NCBI RefSeq assembly: GCF_027921745.1
Contig: NC_079238.1
Coordinates: 806,001-870,000 of the forward strand
Direction: 5' to 3'
DNA length: 64,000 nucleotides
From: Schizosaccharomyces osmophilus
Lineage: Eukaryota
Shown here: in pieces, positions 52,059 through 63,611 of the stretch
How positions within the stretch are numbered: the stretch's first letter is position 1
How the letters are laid out: each line of letters opens with the position of its first letter
The notes under the pieces: generated by a model
What the model was told of the DNA's origin: nothing
The model's database searches: none
What the model saw: only the letters and a program-made list of their open reading frames with translations
Program-made: the position numbers and the translations under genes

Positions 52059-53026
52059 GCTTGCACATAATAGAACAGTTTTGTGCAGATATTGATTCAC
52101 GCAGTCGGTGCTTGTACCGTACAGTTTCTTCTTCGTCCTTGTCTGGGAAGTGACCGAAAGTTACAAGGTCAAGTAATGAGCAACATACCATAAAAAAATG
52201 AATAAAATCGTTTTATATTCTAAAGAAAAGTACATGTTCTTTTTATAAAGGTTCCAGCGAACTGGTTTTGGTCAACAAACAAAACCAACCTTCTCACCTG
52301 ACCATGAAGGATGGAACTTGAAATAGTTGACTTCGCGGTTCATACGAATGCAATTAATGAAGATATAATTAGTTATTTTGAGATAACAATGTCTGATAGA
52401 TCCTAGTTTACGACAATTGAAACTGCTAAACTTCCTTCGCCAAAAACAAAAAAGGAGCAGGATCCATTTACGCCTTTGTTAAAACAATTAACGACTCGTT
52501 TCATTGAACAACCTCTAATAAAACAGTAATAACCAACTTCATTAAACTGATTTTTCTCGTATGTTTACATGCACACTATAAGATTATGAACCACTTTGGG
52601 AAGCTGAATCCCGCTGTAAAAAAAGTTATTTTAATGTTTTTCTTTCCAATAATCCTTAAACTTACCTCTAAACATCAGATGCTTGATTTCAAGGATATAC
52701 ACCTTTTTTATGATGGGCTACAAACTCATAATACAATTACAAGCATCCAGATATCCATAGTAATCCTTTTCTTTTTTCTAAAGCTTCACTTTTCATTATA
52801 ATTCTTTTGCTACCATTCACACTGTTAAATACAAATAGTCATTTTTATTTATTATGTTTGTTTGTTTGTTTATCTTCGCAATTTCACTGCACTGCCGAAT
52901 ATCTTTCATACTGCAATATGCCCAGTAGTGATATACAAAATAAGGATTTACTGAAAGGCTCTGTAAACAGCAGCCTATACTCCACTACACATACTGTTAG
53001 CTTTGACACTCAGCGCGTCTTTTTCA

Positions 53027-54568
53027 ATGGTATGGAGTAGATTTTAGCGGTGAAGCTAACAATTACAGTCAAATAGGAGGCAAGATTATATTCTTCGGGT
53101 GAGATACCATAATCCACTCCCTCCACCCCCATTTCCTCCTAGGCTCATTAACATTTCAAACCCAGTCAAGCAATATGCCTTGCCAAATTTTGTGTCTAAT
53201 GTAGTTCAAGAAAAGAAAATTGCGATTGAAAATGATGCTGAACTTGGAATGCCCATGGATTTAGCTGCTGTTGATGGATTTTTCGAGGGTGATACGTCCT
53301 GGATGCAATCCGACATGTCTGGTATGAATTTGGACCCAGCCGATCGTGCTTTGCTCAAAGTTGCTGGCGGATCTGGCTCTTCTCATGTTGAGGTCCCATT
53401 TTTGCGACGAACTGAATACATTTCTTCTGAAGTTGGACGAAATACCTCAACTCGTGGTAATTTGCGATTGACGGCTTCTACGAGCAAAGCAATTGCTGAG
53501 CAGCGCGGTCGGTCGCTTCGTGAAATTCCCAATCAAATTGGGGCTATTGACCAAACCTTTTCGGCCGTGAAGGAGCCTTTGCAAAATTTAAAACATCCAA
53601 CAAAACCCGACTTGAAACCGGTTGGTGCTTGGAACCTTTTGCCAAACGATTCGATGGCAGGCATTCAGCATCTTATGCTACGTGTTTCTGATAACCTTAC
53701 AGACCGTGCTCCTACTCCGTCAACGTCTGAAGAAGACGATGTTTCCAAACGACACAGAGTTGCTCTTTTTATGCCTTCTTCCGCAGAAGGAGAACAATAT
53801 TTATCTTACTATCTTCCTTCAGAAGAGGCCGCAGAAAAAGTTCAACAAGCCTCCAACGACTCTTCCTCGACTGAGGGCCCTTTCTTGTATAACTTATTCC
53901 GCAATTTTGACGCCACTATGCATGTTAATCCTAGTGGTTTAGAAGATTTATGTTTAAGTCTCCACACAGACAAAGAAAATCCTAAAAACAGCCAAGCCCT
54001 ATACACTCCTGTTTACGCACGGTCGACATTAAAACGACGACATGTTCGTGCTCCCGTCAACCCCGACACAATTGATGGTATAGAGTTGAGATTACGAAAA
54101 ATAAACAAGGAAGAAGGTGTGCAGTTGAAACGGGCTAGGTATGATTCGTTTGCAATGGGCGACGAGGAAGCTCTTGTGAAGGAGGAGCAAGAAATTGCTG
54201 AAGAGCAAGTGGGAGAAGAAAATGAACTTAATGAAATTGAAGAGCAACAACAAGGCTCGAATATTCAGTCAGAGTCTGTAGAAAATGTTCAGCCATTGTC
54301 CACTGAGGAGTCAGGACAGGTTCCCACTCACAATGAACAGAACGAAGAAGGGAAGGAAAGCGAAGATCAAGGTGAACAGAATCGACAATCAGAAATTGTC
54401 AATGATAAAAATAATAAATCCAGCTCAGATGAGTCCGAGAATATAATTGAAGGAGATCACCAAAGTCAACAGGAAGAACCAAAATTGAATCCCGCCGAAG
54501 AGGTTGAAACCAATGCTCCTACTGCTAATTCACCCTCACCTGCGTCGGGATCATCCTCTAATTCTTAA
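53027..54568 (+). CDS. paf1: RNA polymerase II-associated factor Paf1, 2 exons
   Basis: ATG 53027-53029, intron 53030-53068, then SNRRQDYILRVRYHNPLPPPPFPP...VPFLRRTEYIS...LKHPTKP, acidic tail. Confidence 0.92.
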
Positions 54569-54798
54569 TCATGCCTAAGAAGTATACTGTATAACCATTC
54601 CCATTGTAGATAGAAAAATACGAATGATCTTTTTTCCGATGTTTACTTGTTTGCTAATGCAACTTCCATACAATCACGGCTATACGATAACCGTCATGAA
54701 ACTTTCAAACAAAACACACTTACATTTACGATATCACTACAGACTACATTTCTACGTTAAAATGCTTGCTTTGGAAAAAAAATAATATTTTCTTTGTC

Positions 54799-55303
54799 TT
54801 AACGATAAGACTTTTGTTGACGAGCACGAGCACCGTGACCACCGAACTATATGCAAAGTTAGTACAAGAGTATGAAATTCATCGGTAACAAAACAATCGT
54901 TCTGAAACATCCTAAATAAACTACTTACCTTCTTGGGCTCCATACGACGAGGGTCAGCGACCAACAAAGTACGGTCGTAAGTGACGAGGGCCTTCTTGAC
55001 TTCAGCCTTGGAGTGTTCGTCGACAAACTTTTGGTAGTAAGCAACGATTGCCTTGGAGATGGCTTGACGGATAGCATAGATTTGAGAAACTTGACCACCA
55101 CCAGAAACACGAACGCGAATATCAACGCCGGCAAACTTGTCAGCTCCAGCAACCAAGATGGGCTCGTAAACCTTCATACGCAAAATTTCGGGTTGGACAA
55201 GAGAAAGAGGTGCACCGTTGACCTTGATCAAACCCTTACCGGCCTTGCAATGAGCAACGGCGGTAGCATTGCCTTTTTTTCCAAAGCACTGAACTGATTG
55301 CAT
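54799..55303 (-). CDS. rps1602: 40S ribosomal protein S16 (uS9), 2 exons
   Basis: [10 protein letters not shown]...[24 protein letters not shown]; intron 54847-54928; paralog number from synteny. Confidence 0.95.
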
Positions 55304-55367
55304 GATGGCTCCAGTAGGAATATTACTTTACACTTAGCAAACTATACTGTGGTGGTGGTGAAAAAAG

Positions 55368-55375
55368 CAGTCACA
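55368..55375 (+). promoter_or_regulatory. Homol D box in rps16/rpl13 bidirectional promoter
   Basis: Exact CAGTCACA near the middle of the 147-bp gap between divergent ATGs. Confidence 0.85.
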
Positions 55376-55450
55376 CTTATGACCCACAACGAAAAAAGCA
55401 TCCACCAGAGGGGTGGAACTTATCCTCTACACCAACACACCTGAACCACC

Positions 55451-56077
55451 ATGGCAATCCACGTTAAAGGACAGTTGCCCAACGCTCACTTCCACAAGGA
55501 CTGGCAACGTTATGTTAAGACCTGGTTTGACCAACCTGGTCGTAAGTTGCATCGTCGTCAAGCTCGCCAAACCAAGGCTGCTAAGATTGCTCCTCGTCCC
55601 GTTGAGGCTCTTCGTCCTGCCGTTAAGCCACCCACTATTCGTTACAACATGAAGATTCGTGCTGGCCGTGGTTTCACTCTTGAAGAACTCAAGGCTGCTG
55701 GTGTTTCTCGTCGTGTCGCTCCTACCATCGGTATCCCCGTCGACCACCGTCGTCGCAACCGTTCTGAGGAGTCTTTACAACGTAACGTCGAGCGTCTTAA
55801 GGCTTACCTTGCCCACTTGATTGTCTTCCCTCGTAAGGCTGGTCAACCCAAGAAGGGTGATGCTACCGATGTTTCCGGTGCCAAGCAAGCTGATGCTAGC
55901 GTTGTCTTCCCCATCACTCAAGAAGCTGTTGAGGAAGCCAAGCCCATCACCGAAGACGCTAAGAAGTTCCAAGCTTTCAACACTCTCACCAACGAGCGTG
56001 CTCATGCTCGTCACCTCGGTGCTCGCATTGCCTACGCCAAGAAGCGTGCTGAAGAGGCTGAGGCTAAGAAGAAGTAA
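55451..56077 (+). CDS. rpl13: 60S ribosomal protein L13 (eL13)
   Basis: HFHKDWQRYVKTWFDQP, GRGFTLEELK, VDHRRRNRSEES. Confidence 0.97.
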   Translation: MAIHVKGQLPNAHFHKDWQRYVKTWFDQPGRKLHRRQARQTKAAKIAPRPVEALRPAVKPPTIRYNMKIRAGRGFTLEELKAAGVSRRVAPTIGIPVDHRRRNRSEESLQRNVERLKAYLAHLIVFPRKAGQPKKGDATDVSGAKQADASVVFPITQEAVEEAKPITEDAKKFQAFNTLTNERAHARHLGARIAYAKKRAEEAEAKKK

Positions 56078-56440
56078 AATGTTTGTAGTAATTGGATCAG
56101 TTTGACTTGGAATATAGGAATGCATGGATCTTGTAATTCTCAAAATATATGGCTGTAGCATTTATTCGGTTTGTAAATATGTACTGTAACTACTTTCGTA
56201 TCTACTTTTCGTAAAGATGAACTTCAAAACGACGAGTGGTCTAGCGCTATACTCGCCCTACCGTAGTATCTTCATGTATGCATACGAGATCCTCTGTTTT
56301 CGACTAGATTGTAAAACTCTTAAGACAAAATCTGGGATCTTACACAGGCGAGTAATCGACCGCTACTAGCCCATTTTCTAAATTTTTTACTCCATACCCA
56401 AGTAACAGAGTGTCAATTTTTTTTCTCGAAACCAAAAAGG

Positions 56441-56448
56441 CAGTCACA
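56441..56448 (+). promoter_or_regulatory. Homol D box upstream of rlp7
   Basis: Exact CAGTCACA 67 nt before the ATG. Confidence 0.8.
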
Positions 56449-56514
56449 AGAAGCGATTAGTTGGCGCCAGCACCAAGTTTGCTTTGTGCCCTCCACCAAC
56501 AACAAATACAGAAA

Positions 56515-57434
56515 ATGGCAGAGGAAGCACCGGTAGTCCAACAAAACAATATTCTTGAGCCTGAAGTTATTCTCAAGAAACGTAAAGTTAATGAGCGTAC
56601 TCGCCTTGAACGAGTAGAAGCTGCTCTTGAAAAGAAACAGGTAAGAGGAAACTGACTGCAAAATAAATTTTTTTTGAAAAGGATGACAACTTCACTCTCT
56701 CGATAGCTAGCTGCGGCTATGCTGCTTCTATCACCATCTTTCGGCTGATTCATTAATTTTTTATTATACAGTTAACGCTTATAAAAACATATATTAACAT
56801 CATATAGTCTCAAAACAAAAAGAAAAATATTGTTTTCAAACGTGCTGAATCATTCGTTAAGAATTATCGGGATGGTGAACGTGAACGTTTGAGATTGAAG
56901 CGTGTAGCTAAGAAGACTGGTAGCGCTTTGATTGACGAGGAGCCTAAGCTTCTTTTTTGCATTCGTCTTGCTGGTGCTCGCAACATCCCACCAAAGGCTC
57001 GTAAAGTATTACAGCTTTTACGATTAGCCAGTACTAACAACGGTGTCTTTGTCCGTAACACCAAGTCCACCGCAAACATGTTGAAACTTGTTGAACCATA
57101 TGTTACATATGGTGTTCCTAGTCTGAAGTCAGTCCGTGAACTGATCTACAAGCGCGGTTTTGGTAAAATTAAAGGTCAACGGGCAGCTCTTTCTGACAAT
57201 GCTCTCATTGAAGAAGCTCTTGGAAAGTTTGATGTTATTTCCATTGAAGATATTATACATGAACTATACAACGTTGGACCTCATTTCAAAGAGGTCAGCA
57301 GCTTCCTGTGGCCTTTTAAGCTGTCCTCCATCAAACACTCTTTAATTGAAAAAAAGGTTAAGCATTATAATGAAGGTGGAAAGGCTGGCTTCTGCGGTGA
57401 AGACATTAATGACTTGATCAAGGAACAAGCTTAA
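56515..57434 (+). CDS. rlp7: L7 (uL30)-like protein Rlp7/Rpl703, 2 exons
   Basis: Exons 56515-56640 and 56808-57434; PEVILKKRK, FKRAESFVKNYR, VEPYVTYG, RELIYKRG, FLWPFKL. Confidence 0.88.
56675..56752 (+). ncRNA. intronic box C/D snoRNA, snR39/snR59/U51 family (guide for 25S rRNA Am807, S. cerevisiae numbering)
   Basis: C box AGGATGA 56680-56686, D box CTGA 56745-56748, terminal TGAA/TTCA stem, guide TCACCATCTTTCGG complementary to conserved LSU CCGAAAGAUGGUGA; D+5 rule selects the second A. Confidence 0.85.
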
Positions 57435-57645
57435 TATTTACTTTCTTTTAACCGTATTATAATGCCCTTAAAAAAGACGTCGAAAGACGTACTATGTATA
57501 TTAGAACTAGTTTTTTACGGATTGGAATTAATTAATTGGAATTGTGTCAAGGAAAACCTAAATTAAAATATGCATTGGAATCGTTATTTAGACAAAGCAC
57601 CAGTAAAGTTGTTAATTAGTAAAATGGTAGTGGCCGTGGGTCGTT

Positions 57646-59182
57646 TTAGTTTTCAGTATCATCTTGAGAAAAGATGCCATGAAAGGTTTGTTCATGTTGC
57701 GTTGGTCCAAATTCAGCATCGTCGGCTACATCGTTATTGAATGCCATCAGTTCATTATCGTCCGGCATACCCTCCAAAAATAACGGCCGATTATCTTCGT
57801 CTGTTGTCTGTTTAGGTCGCTTTCTCGCAGATTCTTCATTTGTTGGTATATCCAATGCGGAATGAAACATCCTAGACGTCTCCGCATCTCCCTAGTATAC
57901 GGTTAGAAGAGTATGTTTTCATGAACTTACATTAGTTTGCCATCCTATCGACGCAGATGTTGCTTCATCCTCGTTCAAAGCTGGAGCAGCACTTGTGTTT
58001 TCCGGAACGAATAAACTGCTGTTAGCGGTACCACTTTGCTTCCACCGTGCCCCCAAAGAAGAACTTTCGTCGTAATCGTCAGATCCCATAACAGTAGCGA
58101 GTATAAACTGCGCTTCAACCTCCATAAATTTCCCCTTATTGAACGTGAACAAGGCAGGTTTTCCTGATACGCTATAGTATGATGCGATAGATGTTCCTAG
58201 AGATTCAGCGAGCAAAACAGCTGCCTACGAGTGTTAATAAATAAGAACAAAATTGCAAGTGATCTACATACCCGGAATTCTTTTAAAGATAGCGTTATTA
58301 TTACGCCCTCATTAAGGGAAACTTGTTCAAATTCTTTCCCATCAATTGAAACTGTTGTTTGCGTGGGCTGCTTTAAGACATCTGGAAACGTTAAAACAAC
58401 TCATGACTGTAAAATGTACCTTTATTGTGAACGACCTCTTCAGTAAAACTAGTCAGCAAGACCCGTCCATGCACTGGCTGGATCGTCAATTCTTCTGTTT
58501 TTTGTCCGAAATGCTCAACCAGATCTTTCAAAATTTTGGAATTAATTTGCCAATTATTATGACAAGATGCTTTATCAAAGACGGCCTGTAGTGTTTGCGT
58601 TTGTTCATATGCAATCTTGTAAGTTTTTATGACTCCTGAAGACATTGAGTTAGCAGAGCCCAAGTTAGTCTGTAGATCCATACCGTGTTTGCAGTTAAAT
58701 TTGAAGATAACTCGGCATTCTTTGCCCGATGTGATTTGTAATTGTATATTCTCCACAACGACATTCTTTTTACTAGTAGAGTCTGTTGCACCCGTATTGG
58801 CATTGGGATTGTTGTTGACCAGGAAAGTCGATTCAAAGATTTTATTTCGAAAGATTGAAAGGATCGGCTTGATTTGTGTACTTAATCGCACTGTTGGAGA
58901 GACAAATCCTGTAAGGAATAGAGTATCTGGATGGAATGTGAACTTGTCAAAAAACTTTTTTGTAAGAGCTACCTTCCCAAATCCTGACCTGGAAGAGTTT
59001 AAAGTTGTTAAAATAAGCTATAAGATTCGTTAGCGCCTTATGGCTTATTTCAGTTTGGATCCTTCGAAAACTCTTACTTGATCCTTATTAATTTCCCAAT
59101 TTACGGCATCATCAATCCTAGAAAGGTTCAAAAATATTCTCGAAAGATCTCTTAAATTTGTATTTGAAACAACAAATTCCAT
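57646..59182 (-). CDS. rad9: 9-1-1 checkpoint clamp subunit Rad9, multi-exon
   Basis: MEFVVSNTNLRDLSRIFLNLSRIDD..., LNSSRSGF, KTYKIAYE, FILAT, C-terminal GPTQ...FSQD TQ/SQ sites; several short introns. Confidence 0.93.
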
Positions 59183-59213
59183 GAGTCCAATACAATTGCT
59201 TTTCTTCAACCAG

Positions 59214-59219
59214 ACGCGT
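59214..59219. promoter_or_regulatory. MCB element upstream of rad9
   Basis: ACGCGT about 30 nt upstream of the ATG with a further CGCG at about 59231. Confidence 0.45.
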
Positions 59220-59741
59220 CTTTCAAATTTCGCGCTTAATTTTCTAGCGTAGCTTCAATTAAATAAAATATATATCATCTATGAATAAAAATATGTTAAG
59301 AGTGAACGTTAACGGTTTATTGTACCCAGAGGTGGTTCTGTTTATAAAGTTGGACGTACTTTAGACGCTAACAAAACTATGAATGGATGTCTAATTCAGT
59401 TGAACATTGACAAATACTTTTCTGTTTTATTGAAGAACTTCCATTAAAAACATTTTTATCTAAAGAATTGGAATTTACACCTACGATCCAGCGTTGATCA
59501 AATAGCACAATATGTAAAGTCATCATAATAAGTACTATCTAAAATTTCAAAACTTTTTTTTTCTATAAACAAACCGACCTTTTGGTTCTCATAATTAGAG
59601 AAACCAAAGTTTGACTCTAACACCTTTCTCCAGTATTAAGTTTTTGCCGAATAAGAAACCTATATTATCCATTACTTTTAAACCCCAAAAATTTTGAATA
59701 TCAATTAACCATATTCCCTGAATGTTCTTGTAAGGCTGTGT

Positions 59742-61341
59742 CTACCCAAAAAGAGAGAACCCGTCGTTGGTAGCCAAAGAAAGCTCTTCTTCTTGTTGTC
59801 TCTTTTCTGTATCCTCTCCATCTTTAGTATTCTCAGACATATCGACGCGCTGACCCAGAAGACTATTAAATAAGTCGTCAATGTGTTCTTCAGGCCAAGA
59901 TGTCACCTCAACAGGAACCATAAAATTCTGAAGCTTCTCGTGGACATGATAACGTAACTTACGTCCCTTAGAGGCCTTCGTATCGACATTTTCTTTCTTT
60001 TGTTTTTGTTGTTTGGAAGCGACCCATCGAACGTTTGTATCTCTTCCAGAGTCTGCCAATCTGGAGTTAATAAAGTCCTTTAATAAGGATTGGTAAAACT
60101 CGGTATCGTCATAAAGCTCAGGATTAGGGTCTTTGCGAGAACTGTCTGAGCGGCTCAAACGCGAACGCTCTATGAGATCATCTTTATTGAGCATTGTTTG
60201 ATCAATTTGTTGCACAACATTTTGATTCAAAGCCTTAAATTTATTATTCTGTGTAATTCCTTGAGCAGCTTGAACACGATTGTGCCATTTTGTTAAGGTA
60301 GTATTTTTCCAGTCTTCTAAAGAGTTGTCTAAATCATTCATTGTTGATGAAATTGACTCTATGTCCTCGGATTCAGCTTTTCGTTTTAAGCCTCTAGGCT
60401 CGATACCACTGTCCACCATCAAATCGACGCGAAGTTCCATGGTTTTTTGAATAAAGGACACCAAGGATTTTTTGACTTCATCAATTGAGACTACATTTGT
60501 CGTCTCGTCTGCTTGATCTTTGATCTCATTATCCTGGTTTTCTTCGAATGCATCCATAGTATGAGCTTGGGAAAACCCTTTTTGCAAACGTATCCGTGTA
60601 TCTAAGACTTGATCGTACATTCGCATTTGTTCTTGAAGAGCAACACCCTTTTTCATGTCCTGAACAGCAGAGCTCCGGATTTTATCAGAAAGTTTTTGCT
60701 CTCCATGTAACATTTTTTTAAGCTTGGAAATGTCTCCATCAGGAAGCGCAAATGTTTCATCATCCTCGTTTTCGGAACCGTCCTCAGATTCGTCTTTGTT
60801 TTCAGATAGAGATTCATCCTCACTACCCGCTTCGTCTTCATCTCCTGAGAGGCCGTCAGACACCTCTTCACCTGAGATGTCATTTTCGTTTTCACTGAGA
60901 GGTTCTTCTTCCAAGTCCTCAGAGCCTTCCTCAGAAACGGACTCATTATCTTGATTCGCCTCCAAGTCCTTTCTGCTAATCTTTTTTCCCTTAAAACGAG
61001 GATCTAAAGCAGGACCTTGTTTGCTACGAAGCTTGCTTGCACTTAAAAGGATTGTTAGTTTTCATTCATATATTGGGTCAGCAAGACACATACCCAACAT
61101 CAACATAATGCTCTCTTCCAGAATTCTTATTCTCATTATCACTTGAATACTCTTCATCAGAAAACGGTGCATCTATCGCCTCTGGGTCTTTTTCCACTAA
61201 ATACTGTTAGAGAAAACGCAATTTTAGTGGAATTGCATACCTTCCGGCGTCGGATTCAGCATAGAAGCCAATTCATCTTTCATAAACACTATTTCTGGTT
61301 AGTTTTTGCCAAAATTTACCACTTCTCATACCTTTCCCCAT
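59742..61341 (-). CDS. bfr2: SSU processome/AATF-family protein Bfr2, 4 exons
   Basis: Exons 61341-61332, 61288-61241, 61196-61094, 61041-59742; REHYVDVGASKLR, LDTRIRLQK, YDDTEFYQSLLKDFI, DTKASKGRKLRY. Confidence 0.92.
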
Positions 61342-62341
61342 GGTGGTGACCTTGTCAGTGGTGCTTGGGTCTTGGCAAATTTCTTTAGCGTCAATTATTT
61401 TAAGTTTTCCAAGCAATGGTATAAGAGCAAGTATAATTACGCTTATAATAGTTGAATAAAAGGTTTATATAGAAAGAAAGAATTCAAGTACGGCTTTTTA
61501 GCTTGTTTTGGTCCTCTAAGTTTTATGTTCTAAAAGTCGTAGCTAGGCATTTATTTCAGTCGCAAATATTCTAGTAAAAACTAGCAAATTATAATACTTG
61601 ATGATGCTATAATACTTTGTTTATTTACTCTTCCCTCCCGGGTGCCCGCATAGATGAGGAATGGCAAATGCAGGGAAATATTCTAGAAGTGTCAAGAGTA
61701 ATGTTAAATTAGCTTCTTAGTTTTAAATATATAAGGTGTGTTTTATGGTACTGTTTAGTTTCCATCAAATCTCTGATAGTTCTTCAGCTTAATGGAAAAG
61801 TGTCCATGCTGCTATAAATCTTTGGGATGGTAGTGTTTTTTTCGTAAAAAAGTACATGAATTATATTGGAATTATACACTCAAAAGGCTTGTATTCCTTC
61901 TATTCTCCTTTCGGCGAAGCAAGATTTCTCCTGAGTACTTTTACATGTCAAAGTCTTGACCAAGGAATAGCAGACATAAAAGATTCATAAAACAATGGAA
62001 TTTTATTTAAAAAACCTTTCTAGATGTTTTACAGCCTTTAAGAGAACTACTAAAACCAAATAAAAACTTTTCAGGGTTTTGTTTTTATGTTTATATTGAT
62101 GTTTAGGTTTTTAGTAGCATATGCTTTAGGTAAAAGAAGCATAATGCTTCTAACAGTGTTCAAAGATATTTATTCGTATAACGAGTTTCGAGGACAATGG
62201 GGTAGGACTATGCCGTCTCACAGAGAAAAGGTAAACGAGCATTTAGCAATCTGAGGTCGCGAAGAACCACCACAAACACGCGGCCATTTCTGATCGTAAA
62301 CAAGAGCTTTGTAACAATTTGTTCTGGAAACGCGAAAAGAA

Positions 62342-63611
62342 ATGGTGAAAAACGTCCGTTCGTATCGACGTTCATCTACAACGAAACGTTCTGTGCTAGA
62401 CGAAGACTCTGAACCAGAACTACCTAGCATGAGCAAAGAAGCACTGGAAACAAAGAATTCTGACGAGCCGGCTTCAGAAGATGAACCATTAATCAAACAC
62501 GAAAAGCTAGAGAAAAACGCCGGAAAAGAGATTGTTGGTGTTGATGCAGAAGGAAAGAATGCCGACGAAGGAGACGACAAGAATGATGGTGAGGAAGATG
62601 ACGAGGCGGAAGAAGAATATGTTGTTGAAAAAGTGCTGAAGCACCGTCTGGCTAGGGTATGCATCTTTTGATTTTGGGTTCATTACGTTACTAACATAGG
62701 ATCCTTGCATGTTTTCGCCGTCTCATAGGGAAAACAAAGGATCTATGATAATAGAAAGGTGGAGGTTATGAATATCTATTAAAATGGGAAGGATATGACG
62801 ATCCAAGTGATAATACTTGGAGTACAGAAGCAGACTGTGAGTATGTATCATCGTTGGAGGATATCTATCGAGTCGAGCGAGAGTCGTAGAAGCAAAGAAG
62901 GTATCAGTATACTCGTATGACTTCTTTTTTTGTCGCCCGATGGATTCTCTTTGCTAATTCTGATTACGAAACTAACGCATAAATAGTGGCTGTAAAGATC
63001 TCGTAGTAACATATTGGGAGGAACGCGGTGGTCGTCCAGATGCCAGTTCCAAAAGAAAACGTCTTGGTCGAAGCCGTAAACCGGAAAGTAGAGAGACTTC
63101 CATCAAAAGCCAAAGGATTTCTGAGAGTGAACCTGCTAAACCCACTCTAGTTCCAGAAGAAGAGGAAGAAGAACATGAAGAGAGACAGGAATTTTCCTCG
63201 CCTTCGAAGACACCTAGTCCGGAGAAATATACCCATCAGGAAAAAGAATCTCCTCCCAAAAATGGTCGCGCAGAGCCCAAAGAAAATATTCCATCCGCAA
63301 AGGAACCGTCTCCCTCACCAAGGAAGGAGAAACTACCAAGCGCTAGCCCCAAGAAAGCTCATTCAAAGGTTCCTGTTCTTCCCGAAATGAAAGAGTTAAC
63401 CGCTCAGCAAGTAGAACGGTATGATACGTGGGAGGAGTTGGTAGCCAGCATAGATACAATTGAGCGAAAAGATGATGGGACACTCGAAATTTATTTAACT
63501 TGGAAGAACGGCGCTGTGTCTCATTATCCAAGCTCAATCACGAACAAGAAATGTCCTCAAAAAATGCTACAGTTTTATGAAAGCCACTTGACGTTTCGCG
63601 AAAACGAATGA
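62342..63611 (+). CDS. swi6: HP1-family heterochromatin protein Swi6, 3 exons
   Basis: Exons 62342-62656, 62755-62840, 62987-63611; chromodomain [36 protein letters not shown] and chromoshadow domain [17 protein letters not shown]. Confidence 0.96.

Noticed and set aside
61636..61643. TCCCGGGT matching the 5' end of tRNA-Lys(CTT) near the other inversion breakpoint
   Set aside because: Only 8 nt with no further tRNA similarity; likely chance.
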